Shown here: positions 36,201-47,540 of the stretch, one piece after another
Layout: each line of letters opens with the position of its first letter
Position numbering within the stretch: position 1 is the first letter of the stretch
Source: an uncultured bacterium
GTDB taxonomy: Bacteria; Patescibacteriota; Minisyncoccia; Moranbacterales; GWC2-37-73
DNA length: 57,358 bases
Direction of reading: 5' to 3'
NCBI GenBank assembly: GCA_903837175.1
Contig: CAILTR010000101.1
Location: 1-57,358, forward strand
Made by a program: the position numbers and the translations under genes
Notes under the pieces: model-generated
What the model saw: the letters and a program-made list of their open reading frames with translations, nothing else
Told to the model about the DNA's origin: nothing
Database searches by the model: none

Positions 36201-36667
36201 TTGATGGAAAGACGGGAGAAGCTTTCGATAATGAAACGACGGTGGGTGTAATGTATGTTATGAAGCTAAACCATTTAGTGGAAGACAAGTTGCACATGCG
36301 TTCAATCGGACCATACTCCTTGATTACTCAGCAACCTTTGGGAGGAAAAGCGCAGTTCGGTGGTCAGCGTTTTGGAGAAATGGAAGTGTGGGCCTTGGAA
36401 GGATATGGGGCAGCTTATACTTTGCAAGAAATGCTTACCATTAAATCAGATGATGTGCTCGGACGCTCAAAAGCTTACGAATCTATTATTAAAGGCGAAA
36501 AAATCAAGAGTCCAAATATTCCTGCTTCATTCCACGTCCTCGTGAATGAACTTAAGGGACTATGTTTGGATGTCGAACTCGTTGATTCAAAGATGAAAGA
36601 AGATGATGGTTTAGATGATGAACTCGGGGGTTACGATAAACCTGAGGAAGATATTGATCAAATCTAA
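33212..36667 (+). CDS. rpoB: DNA-directed RNA polymerase beta subunit
   Basis: 1151 aa; full-length RpoB with conserved blocks (GNRRVR, RLSAMGPGGL, GRHGNKGV, GGQRFGEME); AAGGAG SD. Confidence 0.97.
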   Translation: MSVVFMVNEKKALKVKDSYGASSSLSRRKFFRKQTVVSLPNLIEGQIDAYQWFLKKGLRELFDEINPINDFTGKDLELSLTDYYLDEPKTSELTAKSKNISFEAPLRAKARLVIKKTGEIKEQEIYLGDFPVMTERGTFVINGVERVVVSQLIRSSGVFFTMEYQKGKKLFGAKLIPNRGAWIEIDTDLTGVLNVRIDRKRKIPVTSLLRAFGMQKDEEILAAFDGADNGEVHFINETLVKDITKNQGEGYKEIYKRIRPGDLATEENAKQLVNGMFFNFEKYDFGSVGRYRLNQRLMVEREDNEENRVLRMDDLLLIIKEIIRLNNTPNAMADDIDHLGNRRVRGVGELVQNKLRIGMSRMARNIKDRMSTCDVETVVPGQLINSRPVAAAIKEFFSSSQLSQFMDQVNPLAELEHKRRLSAMGPGGLTRERAGFEVRDVHHSHYGRICPIETPEGPNIGLVGHMASYARINDFGFLETPYIRIEKEVPATPEALVNRILNEDIAGVGKIWDKIDEELAKKIIKAGKKTVQIKPHISNEIAYVNATVEDRQIITHARVATDENRNIVDKMVEARVKGHPEMIEAERVDLIDVSAKQCISIATSLIPFLEHDDANRALMGSNMQRQAVPCIVPQAPFVGTGIEDKAAADSGQVVLAANDGEIIEVDASHIVVKESAPVGTKKDSFKREYRLQSFVKSNAFTSMSQIPRVVKGELVKKGQLLADGAATEYGELALGQNPLVAFIPWDGYNFEDAIILSERLLREDWYSSIHIEDFSIDIRDTKLGPEVVTRDIPNIGEERLKNLDETGIIRIGAEISSGDILIGKITPKGEGDLTPEERLLRAIFGEKSKDVKDSSLYLPHGEHGKVVDIKILSREQGDKLSTGVIKQIQVSIAQLRKVSVGDKLAGRHGNKGVISRIAPVEDMPYLPDGTPVDVILNPLGVASRMNIGQILETHLGWAALKLGYKAATPALDGMTEEDIKIELRKAGLPESGKIRLIDGKTGEAFDNETTVGVMYVMKLNHLVEDKLHMRSIGPYSLITQQPLGGKAQFGGQRFGEMEVWALEGYGAAYTLQEMLTIKSDDVLGRSKAYESIIKGEKIKSPNIPASFHVLVNELKGLCLDVELVDSKMKEDDGLDDELGGYDKPEEDIDQI

Positions 36668-36683
36668 TCATTAAACTTTTGTA

Positions 36684-36725
36684 ACCTACCTGCCGGCAGG
36701 CAGGCCTGTCTGCCGGCAGGTAGGT
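36684..36725 (+). other. GC-rich 16-bp-stem hairpin between rpoB and rpoC
   Basis: ACCTACCTGCCGGCAG-GCAGGCCTGT-CTGCCGGCAGGTAGGT; each arm contains the self-complementary CTGCCGGCAG; no T-run. Confidence 0.85.
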
Positions 36726-36747
36726 AAACTTCTTATAAAAAAATATT

Positions 36748-40320
<3,573 letters not shown>

Positions 40321-40366
40321 CTAGCTAACTAGCTTTTAGCTTCGCTAGCTTCGTTAGCTTTTAGGG
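40321..40366 (+). repeat. AGCTTTTAGCTTCGTTAGC-type 3' trailer (after rpoC)
   Basis: CTAGCTAACTAGCTTTTAGCTTCGCTAGCTTCGTTAGCTTTTAGG directly after the rpoC stop. Confidence 0.8.
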
Positions 40367-40390
40367 AAATGCAAAAAGCTAATAGGTTTA

Positions 40391-40447
40391 TCCCGTGAAA
40401 TTGTTTTGCCAGCGCAAAACACCTGCCCCGGCAGGATTTCACTGGGA
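40391..40447 (+). other. 57-nt fully paired three-way junction in the rpoC 3' region
   Basis: P1 40391-40401/40436-40447 (11 bp, one bulge), P2 40402-40421 (8 bp), P3 40422-40435 (5 bp), no junction nucleotides. Confidence 0.7.
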
Positions 40448-40458
40448 GTATGGAACAA

Positions 40459-40489
40459 GAAACGTCTCACTTTGGTGGGGCGTTTTTTG
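40459..40489 (+). terminator. rpoBC operon terminator
   Basis: AACGTCTCAC-TTTG-GTGGGGCGTT then TTTTT. Confidence 0.8.
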
Positions 40490-40637
40490 TAGTTTTTTGC
40501 TTTTCAGGAGCCATAAAAACAGCTTATCCACAGCCTCCCCTTGCAGTGATAATAAAGGAGTGATAGAATAGGAGTAAGAAAGTCATAAGGTTGAAAATTG
40601 TAAGGTTTTAAAGTGGATTTTTTAATTTTTTAAAAAG

Positions 40638-41186
40638 ATGAAAACAAAAGAAATTAAAAAAGAAAATTCAATTGTTCCCCAGGAAATAATTGAGCAAAAG
40701 ATTTATTTGATTCGGGGCAAAAAAGTTATGCTTGATAAGGATTTGGCTGTGCTGTATGGAGTGGAAACTAAAACCTTAAAAAGAGCAGTTAGGCGAAATA
40801 TTGAAAGATTCCCAGAGGATTTTATGTTTCAATTGGGCATTGAGGAAACTAAAATTCTAAGGTACCAATTTGGCACCTTAGAAAAAGGTCAATATGCTAA
40901 GTATTTGCCTTTTGCATTTACTGAGCAGGGTGTGGCGATGTTAGCTGGAGTATTGAAAAGCAAGAGAGCGATTGAGGTTAATGTGCAGATTATTCGAACT
41001 TTTGTAAAACTTCGCGAAATGATTATCAGTAATAAAGAGTTGAGAACTAGGATTGAAGAAATGGAAAGAAAATATGATAAAAGATTTAAGGCCGTGTTTG
41101 ATACGTTAAGGAATCTTTTAGAAAGCAATTTGCAAGAGAAGGAAATTGAAAAGAATGCTCCAATTGGTTTTAAAATTAAAAGATAA
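40638..41186 (+). CDS. ORF6N-domain DNA-binding protein
   Basis: 182 aa; IYLIRGKKVMLDKDLAVLYGVETKTLKRAVRRNIERFPEDFMFQL is characteristic of ORF6N (KilA-N related). Confidence 0.8.
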   Translation: MKTKEIKKENSIVPQEIIEQKIYLIRGKKVMLDKDLAVLYGVETKTLKRAVRRNIERFPEDFMFQLGIEETKILRYQFGTLEKGQYAKYLPFAFTEQGVAMLAGVLKSKRAIEVNVQIIRTFVKLREMIISNKELRTRIEEMERKYDKRFKAVFDTLRNLLESNLQEKEIEKNAPIGFKIKR

Positions 41187-41214
41187 TAAATAATTCTTAA
41201 TTTAAAATTACTTT

Positions 41215-41254
41215 TTTGTATATTTGTAAATTTGTACAGCTTTGTAATTTTGTA
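41215..41254 (+). promoter_or_regulatory. five phased TTTGTA direct repeats upstream of lexA (candidate operator/promoter region)
   Basis: TTTGTA at 41215, 41223, 41231, 41241, 41249; includes TGTA-N6-TACA around 41225-41238. Confidence 0.4.
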
Positions 41255-41260
41255 GGGGCT

Positions 41261-41920
41261 ATGAAACTAACCGCTAAACAAAATTTGATTATCAAATCTC
41301 TGCGAGAGTTGATTGATCAGAAAAAAGAAAATCCGACCAGTTATCGGTTGCAGAAATTTTTAGCAGCTAGGGGAATTAAGGATAGTATGAAGTCAGTAAT
41401 GCAAGTAGTTGAATCGTTGGAGAAAAAAGAGTTAATCACCCGCGATAAGAATCGCCAGCTTTTCCTGGTTGAAAACGAAAGCTATGGCGACGCGCAAAAT
41501 ATTTTTTCAATTCCCCTTTATGGCTTGGCTTCTTGCGGCGAGGCATTAGCTTACGCAGATGATATGGCGGATGATTTTCTCCAAATTTCAAAAAGTCTTT
41601 TTCATAAAACTGACCCAGAACATTTATTTGCGGTAAAAGCGTTAGGTGATTCGATGAATAAAGAGGGCATTGATGATGGCGATTATGTTATCTTTGAAAA
41701 AGCTCAGGCGCAGGCTGAGTTTGAAGGTAAAATTGTTGTGGCGGTAATTAACGGGATGGCGACTATTAAACGCTATAAGAATATGGGTAAGGGCATCGTG
41801 GGTCTTTTCCCTCATTCGACCAATGAAACTCATCATCCAATTTATATCTCTGAGGCAGACGTAATTTTTGTGGCTGGAATCTTTAAGAAAGTTTTACCAG
41901 TCAAGTTTGTGAGCTTGTAG
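41261..41920 (+). CDS. lexA: LexA-type repressor (S24 peptidase)
   Basis: N-terminal winged HTH; C-terminal S24 motifs GDSMN (Ser) and ATIKRY (Lys); ATG 41261 preferred over TTG 41216. Confidence 0.85.
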   Translation: MKLTAKQNLIIKSLRELIDQKKENPTSYRLQKFLAARGIKDSMKSVMQVVESLEKKELITRDKNRQLFLVENESYGDAQNIFSIPLYGLASCGEALAYADDMADDFLQISKSLFHKTDPEHLFAVKALGDSMNKEGIDDGDYVIFEKAQAQAEFEGKIVVAVINGMATIKRYKNMGKGIVGLFPHSTNETHHPIYISEADVIFVAGIFKKVLPVKFVSL

Positions 41921-41956
41921 GTTAATAACTAGTAATCAGCAACTGGTAACTAGCAA
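41921..41956 (+). repeat. AGTAACTAGTAAC-type 3' trailer (after lexA)
   Basis: TAACTAGTAATCAGCAACTGGTAACTAGCAAAT directly after the lexA stop. Confidence 0.85.
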
Positions 41957-41988
41957 ATGGGAGGATAAGTTTTAAAATATTTACTGAT

Positions 41989-42303
41989 ATGTTTATTTTA
42001 TTGCTAAAAATATTATTGGGGCTTGTTGGCGGGATTTACGTTTCCGGTCTCTTGACTATCTGGCAATATGAAAATAAAAAAGCGAAGGTCTATCGCCTGG
42101 TTTTAGCGCGGATTGGAACTTTGAAGAAGCTAGGCTTGAGTATGGCAACGAGGCACGCTAAAACGTTTAAGCTTAAACAGGATTATCGTCAATGGGTGGA
42201 GCTGATTGAGCAGCGGCAACAATTTATTTTTGAAAAGGTGTTATTTTTGAAAAAAGGTACCTTAAAAATTGAACATGAACAAAGCAGTTGTTGGCAGGTT
42301 TAG
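41989..42303 (+). CDS. hypothetical small membrane protein
   Basis: 104 aa; one N-terminal TM, basic remainder; GGGAGG upstream. Confidence 0.45.
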   Translation: MFILLLKILLGLVGGIYVSGLLTIWQYENKKAKVYRLVLARIGTLKKLGLSMATRHAKTFKLKQDYRQWVELIEQRQQFIFEKVLFLKKGTLKIEHEQSSCWQV

Positions 42304-42539
42304 TTTTGCTGATAAAGGTCATCCGCTTAGCTTGGTTAAAATTATAAAGCGGAAGGATCTTTGTTAATTTGCTAGCTGGAAGGGATAAGATGTGTTAAAA
42401 TAGGTGCGAAGTGGCTTAAACTGTGGAAGGTTGAGTTATTGAAAAATGAGCCAGCTTTAAGCTAAACTAACTATCTATCTATTATTAGCGCTAGCTGAAA
42501 TTTTTATGACCCTGGGTCATTTAATCTTCGGCACTATCT

Positions 42540-44909
42540 ATGGGAAAAAATAAAAAAAAGCAGCAAGAGTCAGCTAAAGAGCAGTCAGCAATTGTTAGTG
42601 GTGATGTTAAACGTGGGGTGGTGGCCATTTTTCTTTTCTTGTTGGCAATTTTGTTTGTATTGGGTTTTTTGTCTGAGGCCAAAATGGTGGAGGCTGGAAT
42701 TTTGGGAAAGTTTTTAAATTCACTGGCGGGCTGGATGTTCGGAGTTGGAAAATATCTTGCTCCGATTGTGCTGATTGCGGGTGGAGTGATTTTACTTTTT
42801 CGGAAGGAAACTTTATTCTATGTTTCTAAATTAATTGGTCTAACCGTTGCCTTTATGAGCACCTTGGGAATTATCCACATCCTGGCTTATGATGTGGATA
42901 AGATGTTGAAAGTTGCTAAAGCGGGAAATGGAGGTGGTTTTATTGGTTATGGACTGGCTTTTATTTTTTTAAAATTAGCTGGCAGGGCTGGTGGGGCGAT
43001 TATTTTAATAGCGCTTATATTGGTTGGGATTACGGTGGCTTTCAATTTTTCGATCGTGCAGTTTTTTAAGAAATTTATTCGAGAAAAAGTGGAGCATCAA
43101 AAAGAAGAAGCTGAGGATGATTCTGCTGATGACGAAAGTGAAATTGAAAATGGAGAGGAGCAACAGTTGTTGGAAGTTGAGGATGTAAAACTTTCTCAAA
43201 AAACTGAATTTGTGCAAGATCCTAATGCCGAAACTGAAAAACCAGATCCAATGGCGGAGATCCTTAAAAAAGCAGTTGCCTGGAAACCCAAGGATGAAAA
43301 AAAGAAAAGTAAGAAAAAGGAACAAGGTCAGGATGAGCAGTTAGAATGGGAACTTCCGCCGATTTCGCTGCTGGATTGCTTGATTGAAAAAGCGCAAGGG
43401 GGCGATGTCGAAAAAAACGCTAAAATTATTCAAGATACTTTGCTGACCTTTGGGGTGGAAGTTGAGTTGGGCGAAATTAAAACTGGACCAACGGTGACTC
43501 AATATAGTTTTCGGCCAGCAGTGGGAGTTAAACTCAGCCGGATTACGACGCTGAGTAATGAATTAGCCCTGCGCTTGGCGGCTCGTCAAGTTCGGATTGA
43601 GGCTCCAATTCCAGGCCGATCTTTAGTCGGGATTGAAGTGCCAAATAAGAAAAATGCCACAATCAGGCTACCAGAACTTTTGCAAGCGCTCGAATTTGAA
43701 AATAGAAAAACAAATTTACTCTTGGCGTTGGGTAAGGATGTGAGTGGTAATTATATCTTTGGAAATCTAAAGAAGATGCCTCATTTGTTGATTGCTGGTT
43801 CAACGGGTAGCGGAAAAAGTGTTTGTGTCAATGCCTTGATTTTGTCGATGCTGTATCAGAATTCTCCTGAGGATTTAAAGTTAATTTTAGTTGATCCTAA
43901 GCGAGTAGAGCTAACTCCCTATAATGGCATTCCTCACTTACTAACGGATGTGATTGTGGAAAATGGAAAAGTACTTAGCGCACTGAAATGGGCAATTGGC
44001 GAAATGGAGCGTCGTTATAAGATATTGCAGAAGGTTGGTTCAAAAGATATTTCTTCTTTTAATAAGAAGGCTGAAGGTGGTGAAATGTTTAAAAATATCA
44101 ATACGGAGACTGGGGAAATTACCGAAGAGCCAGTAGAAAAAATTCCTTACATTGTGATTGTGATTGATGAGTTAGCAGACTTGATGGCTTCGCATGGCAA
44201 GGAAGTAGAGGGAGCGATTATTCGCTTGGCTCAAATGGCTCGCGCAGTTGGCATCCACCTTATTTTAAGCACGCAAAAGCCGATTGTGACAGTTATTACT
44301 AGTTTAATTAAATCAAATATTCCAACGCGAATTGCTTTTAGAGTACCCTCGCTAATGGATTCACGCACAATTCTGGATGCTAGTGGCGCGGAGAAGTTGC
44401 TTGGTAATGGGGATATGCTTTTCTCAGCAGCGGAAGCAGTTGATTTGCGTCGAGTTCAGGGAGTTTTTGTTTCTGAAGAAGAAGTTAAACGAGTGGTTGA
44501 TTTTATCAAAAATCAAAAGTTTGAGAAAATTGAAGATAGCTTAGAAGGAGAAATCGAAGTTAGCGAAACCAAAACTAATGGTAATCAAAATGGTGAAGTT
44601 AAAATTGCAAAGTATGCTGAGAAAATTGATTTTGATTCAATTGAAGCTGACGATCAAGAAGACGTTTTATATGAGGAAGCAAAAAAGCTGGTTATCCAAG
44701 CAGGTAAAGCCTCTTCCTCGCTTCTGCAAAGACGTTTGAGGATTGGTTATTCCAGGGCTGCTCGGCTAATTGATATTTTAGAGGAGCGAGGAGTGGTTGG
44801 GGCTGCTGATGGCGCAAAGCCTCGCGAAGTTTTCACTGAGGGAGAAGCTCAACCGGCCTATGAAGATTCCATGCAAGATCAAGTCGCCCGAGATAAATGG
44901 CAAATGTAG
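42540..44909 (+). CDS. ftsK: DNA translocase FtsK/SpoIIIE
   Basis: 789 aa; N-terminal TMs, acidic linker, motor domain GSTGSGKS and VIDELADL, C-terminal gamma winged helix. Confidence 0.93.
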   Translation: MGKNKKKQQESAKEQSAIVSGDVKRGVVAIFLFLLAILFVLGFLSEAKMVEAGILGKFLNSLAGWMFGVGKYLAPIVLIAGGVILLFRKETLFYVSKLIGLTVAFMSTLGIIHILAYDVDKMLKVAKAGNGGGFIGYGLAFIFLKLAGRAGGAIILIALILVGITVAFNFSIVQFFKKFIREKVEHQKEEAEDDSADDESEIENGEEQQLLEVEDVKLSQKTEFVQDPNAETEKPDPMAEILKKAVAWKPKDEKKKSKKKEQGQDEQLEWELPPISLLDCLIEKAQGGDVEKNAKIIQDTLLTFGVEVELGEIKTGPTVTQYSFRPAVGVKLSRITTLSNELALRLAARQVRIEAPIPGRSLVGIEVPNKKNATIRLPELLQALEFENRKTNLLLALGKDVSGNYIFGNLKKMPHLLIAGSTGSGKSVCVNALILSMLYQNSPEDLKLILVDPKRVELTPYNGIPHLLTDVIVENGKVLSALKWAIGEMERRYKILQKVGSKDISSFNKKAEGGEMFKNINTETGEITEEPVEKIPYIVIVIDELADLMASHGKEVEGAIIRLAQMARAVGIHLILSTQKPIVTVITSLIKSNIPTRIAFRVPSLMDSRTILDASGAEKLLGNGDMLFSAAEAVDLRRVQGVFVSEEEVKRVVDFIKNQKFEKIEDSLEGEIEVSETKTNGNQNGEVKIAKYAEKIDFDSIEADDQEDVLYEEAKKLVIQAGKASSSLLQRRLRIGYSRAARLIDILEERGVVGAADGAKPREVFTEGEAQPAYEDSMQDQVARDKWQM

Positions 44910-44918
44910 CGCCGGGTC

Positions 44919-45020
44919 TTGTATTACGTATATTGTAGAATGTATAAAGTATGAATTCATACAAAAAATACATTTTGAATTTTATACATAATACAAAATA
45001 CATTATACATAATACTATTC
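44919..45020 (+). repeat. ATACA/TGTAT word spacer with GTATGAATTCATAC palindrome
   Basis: Between ftsK and the rodZ-like gene; 14-bp perfect palindrome at 44949-44962. Confidence 0.75.
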
Positions 45021-45023
45021 AAG

Positions 45024-46019
45024 ATGGTTCAATTCACGCGTAAAAAAATTGATTCACTGACCTTGGGTGAACGAATGAAAAAGCTTAGGGATGAGCGTCG
45101 GCTTAGTCTTGGTGAGATTTCAAAAGGCACGAAAATTCAAACAAAATATTTGCAATATTTCGAAGAAGGTGAATATATGAAGTTGCCAGCAGATGTTTAT
45201 GTAAGGGGCTTTTTGCGAAGTTATGGTCTATATATGGGGGTTTCAGAAGCTAGCCTTATTAAGCAATTCGAGCGAGAAAAAGGTATTCATAAAAATATCA
45301 AGAAAATTGTCGATGAGGATAAAATTAAAAAGCCGATAAATTTTTCAATTTTTGTTATTACACCAAAAATGATTATAGTGGGAATTATTTTATTAACAGT
45401 GCTAAGTAGTTTTATCTATTTATATCTGCAGGTTAATAATTTTATTTCAACTCCGCGACTCATTATTGTTAAGCCGGCAGATGGTTTGGTGGTTGATGGT
45501 ATATCAACTCGCGTAGTAGGGATGGCTGAAAAAGATGCGCTAGTAACTATTAATGATCAACCAGTTTTGGTTAATGAAAAAGGTGAATTTAGCGAAGATA
45601 TTGGGCTCAAGGATGGTGTTAATGTAATTACAATTAAGGCTCGTAATAAATTCAACAAAGAAACAACTCAGTCAATTTCCGTTAACGCTGTTTTCCCAGC
45701 GCCTCCAATGCAGCAGCAGGAGAGTGATTCTTCGCAAGAGGCAAGTCAGCAAGTTTCCCTAGTAACTGCTGAGGTTTATGTTAGTCCTGATTCAACTTGG
45801 CTCTCAGTGGAGGCTGATGGCAACTTAGTTTATAGTGGGGCAATATCTCCAGGGACAGTTCAAAAATTTGATGCCAGAGAAAAAATTAGTATAGGTTCAG
45901 GCAAGGGTAATGAAACTTTCGTAAAAATCAATGGAAAGGATTTGGGGCGATTAACCTCAACTTCTGCTCCAGCAAAAGACATTGTTTTTGATGTAAATGG
46001 TAGGGTTTTAAATAAATAA
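45024..46019 (+). CDS. rodZ: RodZ-like cytoskeleton-associated protein (HTH, TM, DUF4115-like C-terminus)
   Basis: LGERMKKLRDERRLSLGEISKGTKIQTKYLQYFEEGEY HTH, single TM, extra beta-rich middle domain, C-terminal DUF4115-like block. Confidence 0.7.
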   Translation: MVQFTRKKIDSLTLGERMKKLRDERRLSLGEISKGTKIQTKYLQYFEEGEYMKLPADVYVRGFLRSYGLYMGVSEASLIKQFEREKGIHKNIKKIVDEDKIKKPINFSIFVITPKMIIVGIILLTVLSSFIYLYLQVNNFISTPRLIIVKPADGLVVDGISTRVVGMAEKDALVTINDQPVLVNEKGEFSEDIGLKDGVNVITIKARNKFNKETTQSISVNAVFPAPPMQQQESDSSQEASQQVSLVTAEVYVSPDSTWLSVEADGNLVYSGAISPGTVQKFDAREKISIGSGKGNETFVKINGKDLGRLTSTSAPAKDIVFDVNGRVLNK

Positions 46020-46188
46020 TAAATCATATAAACACACAAACATATAAGCATATAAACATCCTAACATATAAACATACAAACATATAAACAGGCGTGTATA
46101 AAACTAAAAGTTTTATACATAAATGATTAAATGTCTAAATGATTTCTTGTTTTAATGTCTTAATGCTTAAATGTTTAAATGAAATGGT
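46020..46188 (+). repeat. CATATAAACA and TAAATG word spacers
   Basis: CATATAAACA-like units (46024-46090) then TTAAATG-like units (46120-46185) flanking a palindrome upstream of recA. Confidence 0.8.
46095..46119 (+). promoter_or_regulatory. perfect inverted repeat upstream of recA (candidate operator or hairpin)
   Basis: TGTATAAAAC-N5-GTTTTATACA, 70 nt before the recA ATG. Confidence 0.4.
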
Positions 46189-47235
46189 ATGGCTTACGCA
46201 GCAAAAGAAAAAAAGCCTCCAAAAGAGGCAGTTGAGGAAATAAAAAATGCAGGCAAAAAAGAAATTGATAAATTAGTCGAAGATATTCAGGAGAAATTTG
46301 GGGAGGGGATGATTATGAAATTGGGCGATGTAAAAAAAGTTGACGTCGAGGCAATTCCGACCGGTTCAATCTCACTGGACATTGCTACAGGCATTGGTGG
46401 CGTACCCAGGGGTCGAATTATCGAGGTGTATGGGCCAGAAAGTTCCGGTAAAACGACTTTAACGCTACACATAGTGGCCAATGCTCAAAAGGGCGGAGGC
46501 ACGGCTGCTTTTGTTGATGCTGAACATGCGTTGGACCCAGAATATGCTCATAAGATTGGAGTGGATATTAAAAACTTATTAGTTTCTCAGCCAGATACTG
46601 GTGAGCAAGCCCTGGACATTGTAGAGTCCTTAGTGCGCAGTGGGGTGATTGATGTGATCGTGGTTGACTCGGTGGCAGCCCTGGTACCACGCGCTGAAAT
46701 TGAAGGTGAGATGGGAGATCAGCACGTTGGACGCCAAGCTCGCCTGATGTCACAAGCCCTGCGAAAATTGACCGCAATTATTGCGCGTTCCAATACGACC
46801 GTGATTTTCATTAATCAAATTCGCATGAAGATTGGGGTAATGTTTGGTAATCCGGAAACGACCACTGGTGGACAAGCGCTGAAATTTTATTCTTCAGTGC
46901 GGATTGAAGTTCGCAAAGCTGCTCAAATTAAAAAAGGTGAAGACGTAGTGGGCAATCGCGTGAAAGTTAAAATTGTAAAAAATAAAGTAGCTCCGCCATT
47001 TAAGACTGCTGAATTCGATATCATGTATAACGAAGGAATTTCCTTAGCCGGAGATCTCTTGGATGCAGGGGTAAAATTTGAAGTGGTTAAAAAATCTGGT
47101 AATTCACTTTCTTACGGCGAGATTAAGCTTGGAGCTGGTCGCGAAAGCGCAAAGGCATTCCTGCGAGAAGATAAAAAAACCGCCGACAAAATTTTTAAAG
47201 AAATTGCGGCCAAAGCAAAGATTGTGGCTTTGTAA
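46189..47235 (+). CDS. recA: recombinase RecA
   Basis: 348 aa; GPESSGKTT Walker [10 protein letters not shown]1/L2 loop regions. Confidence 0.97.
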   Translation: MAYAAKEKKPPKEAVEEIKNAGKKEIDKLVEDIQEKFGEGMIMKLGDVKKVDVEAIPTGSISLDIATGIGGVPRGRIIEVYGPESSGKTTLTLHIVANAQKGGGTAAFVDAEHALDPEYAHKIGVDIKNLLVSQPDTGEQALDIVESLVRSGVIDVIVVDSVAALVPRAEIEGEMGDQHVGRQARLMSQALRKLTAIIARSNTTVIFINQIRMKIGVMFGNPETTTGGQALKFYSSVRIEVRKAAQIKKGEDVVGNRVKVKIVKNKVAPPFKTAEFDIMYNEGISLAGDLLDAGVKFEVVKKSGNSLSYGEIKLGAGRESAKAFLREDKKTADKIFKEIAAKAKIVAL

Positions 47236-47271
47236 AATAGCTTAAAGAGCGAGGTGAATTAGTTACACATT

Positions 47272-47311
47272 AAAAGATGATTCCTGGATATAGTTGGAGT
47301 CATCTTTTTTA
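47272..47311 (+). terminator. recA terminator (module shared with 57275-57312)
   Basis: AAAAGATGATTCC-loop-GGAGTCATCTTTTTT. Confidence 0.8.
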
Positions 47312-47327
47312 ATAACAAAAATTAGGG

Positions 47328-47356
47328 TTGACCGCTTTTATTAAATAGTGTAAAAT
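47328..47356 (+). promoter_or_regulatory. promoter of the TasA-like/SipW operon
   Basis: TTGACC-17 nt-TAAAAT with TGt extension. Confidence 0.55.
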
Positions 47357-47510
47357 AAAGTATACTTTTGATATAAGTTAGGGTGTTAATTAAATTAATT
47401 AACCAATCAACAAAAAAATTGTGCGGTTTTTTTTGTTTTATTGGGCTAAAAAATAAAAATTCAAAAATAAAAAAGTTACATCATTATTAGCGGTTATTTA
47501 TTTAAAGGTA

Positions 47511-47540
47511 AATCCACCATTTGGCGGATTCGTTTTTTTT
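47511..47540 (+). terminator. terminator-like hairpin in the TasA-like operon leader
   Basis: AATCCACC-ATTT-GGCGGATT (one mismatch) then CGTTTTTTTT, ~30 nt before the start codon. Confidence 0.4.

Noticed and set aside
40391-40447. Hammerhead ribozyme or tRNA-like element
   Set aside because: It has a three-way junction shape but lacks the CUGAUGA/GAAA hammerhead core in junction positions. It also has no T-loop or anticodon-arm features of a tRNA.
40638-42303. Prophage remnant or mobile island (ORF6N protein plus S24 repressor)
   Set aside because: No integrase, structural or replication genes and no att-like repeats were seen. The S24 protein looks like the chromosomal LexA in a housekeeping context (rpoC, ftsK, recA).
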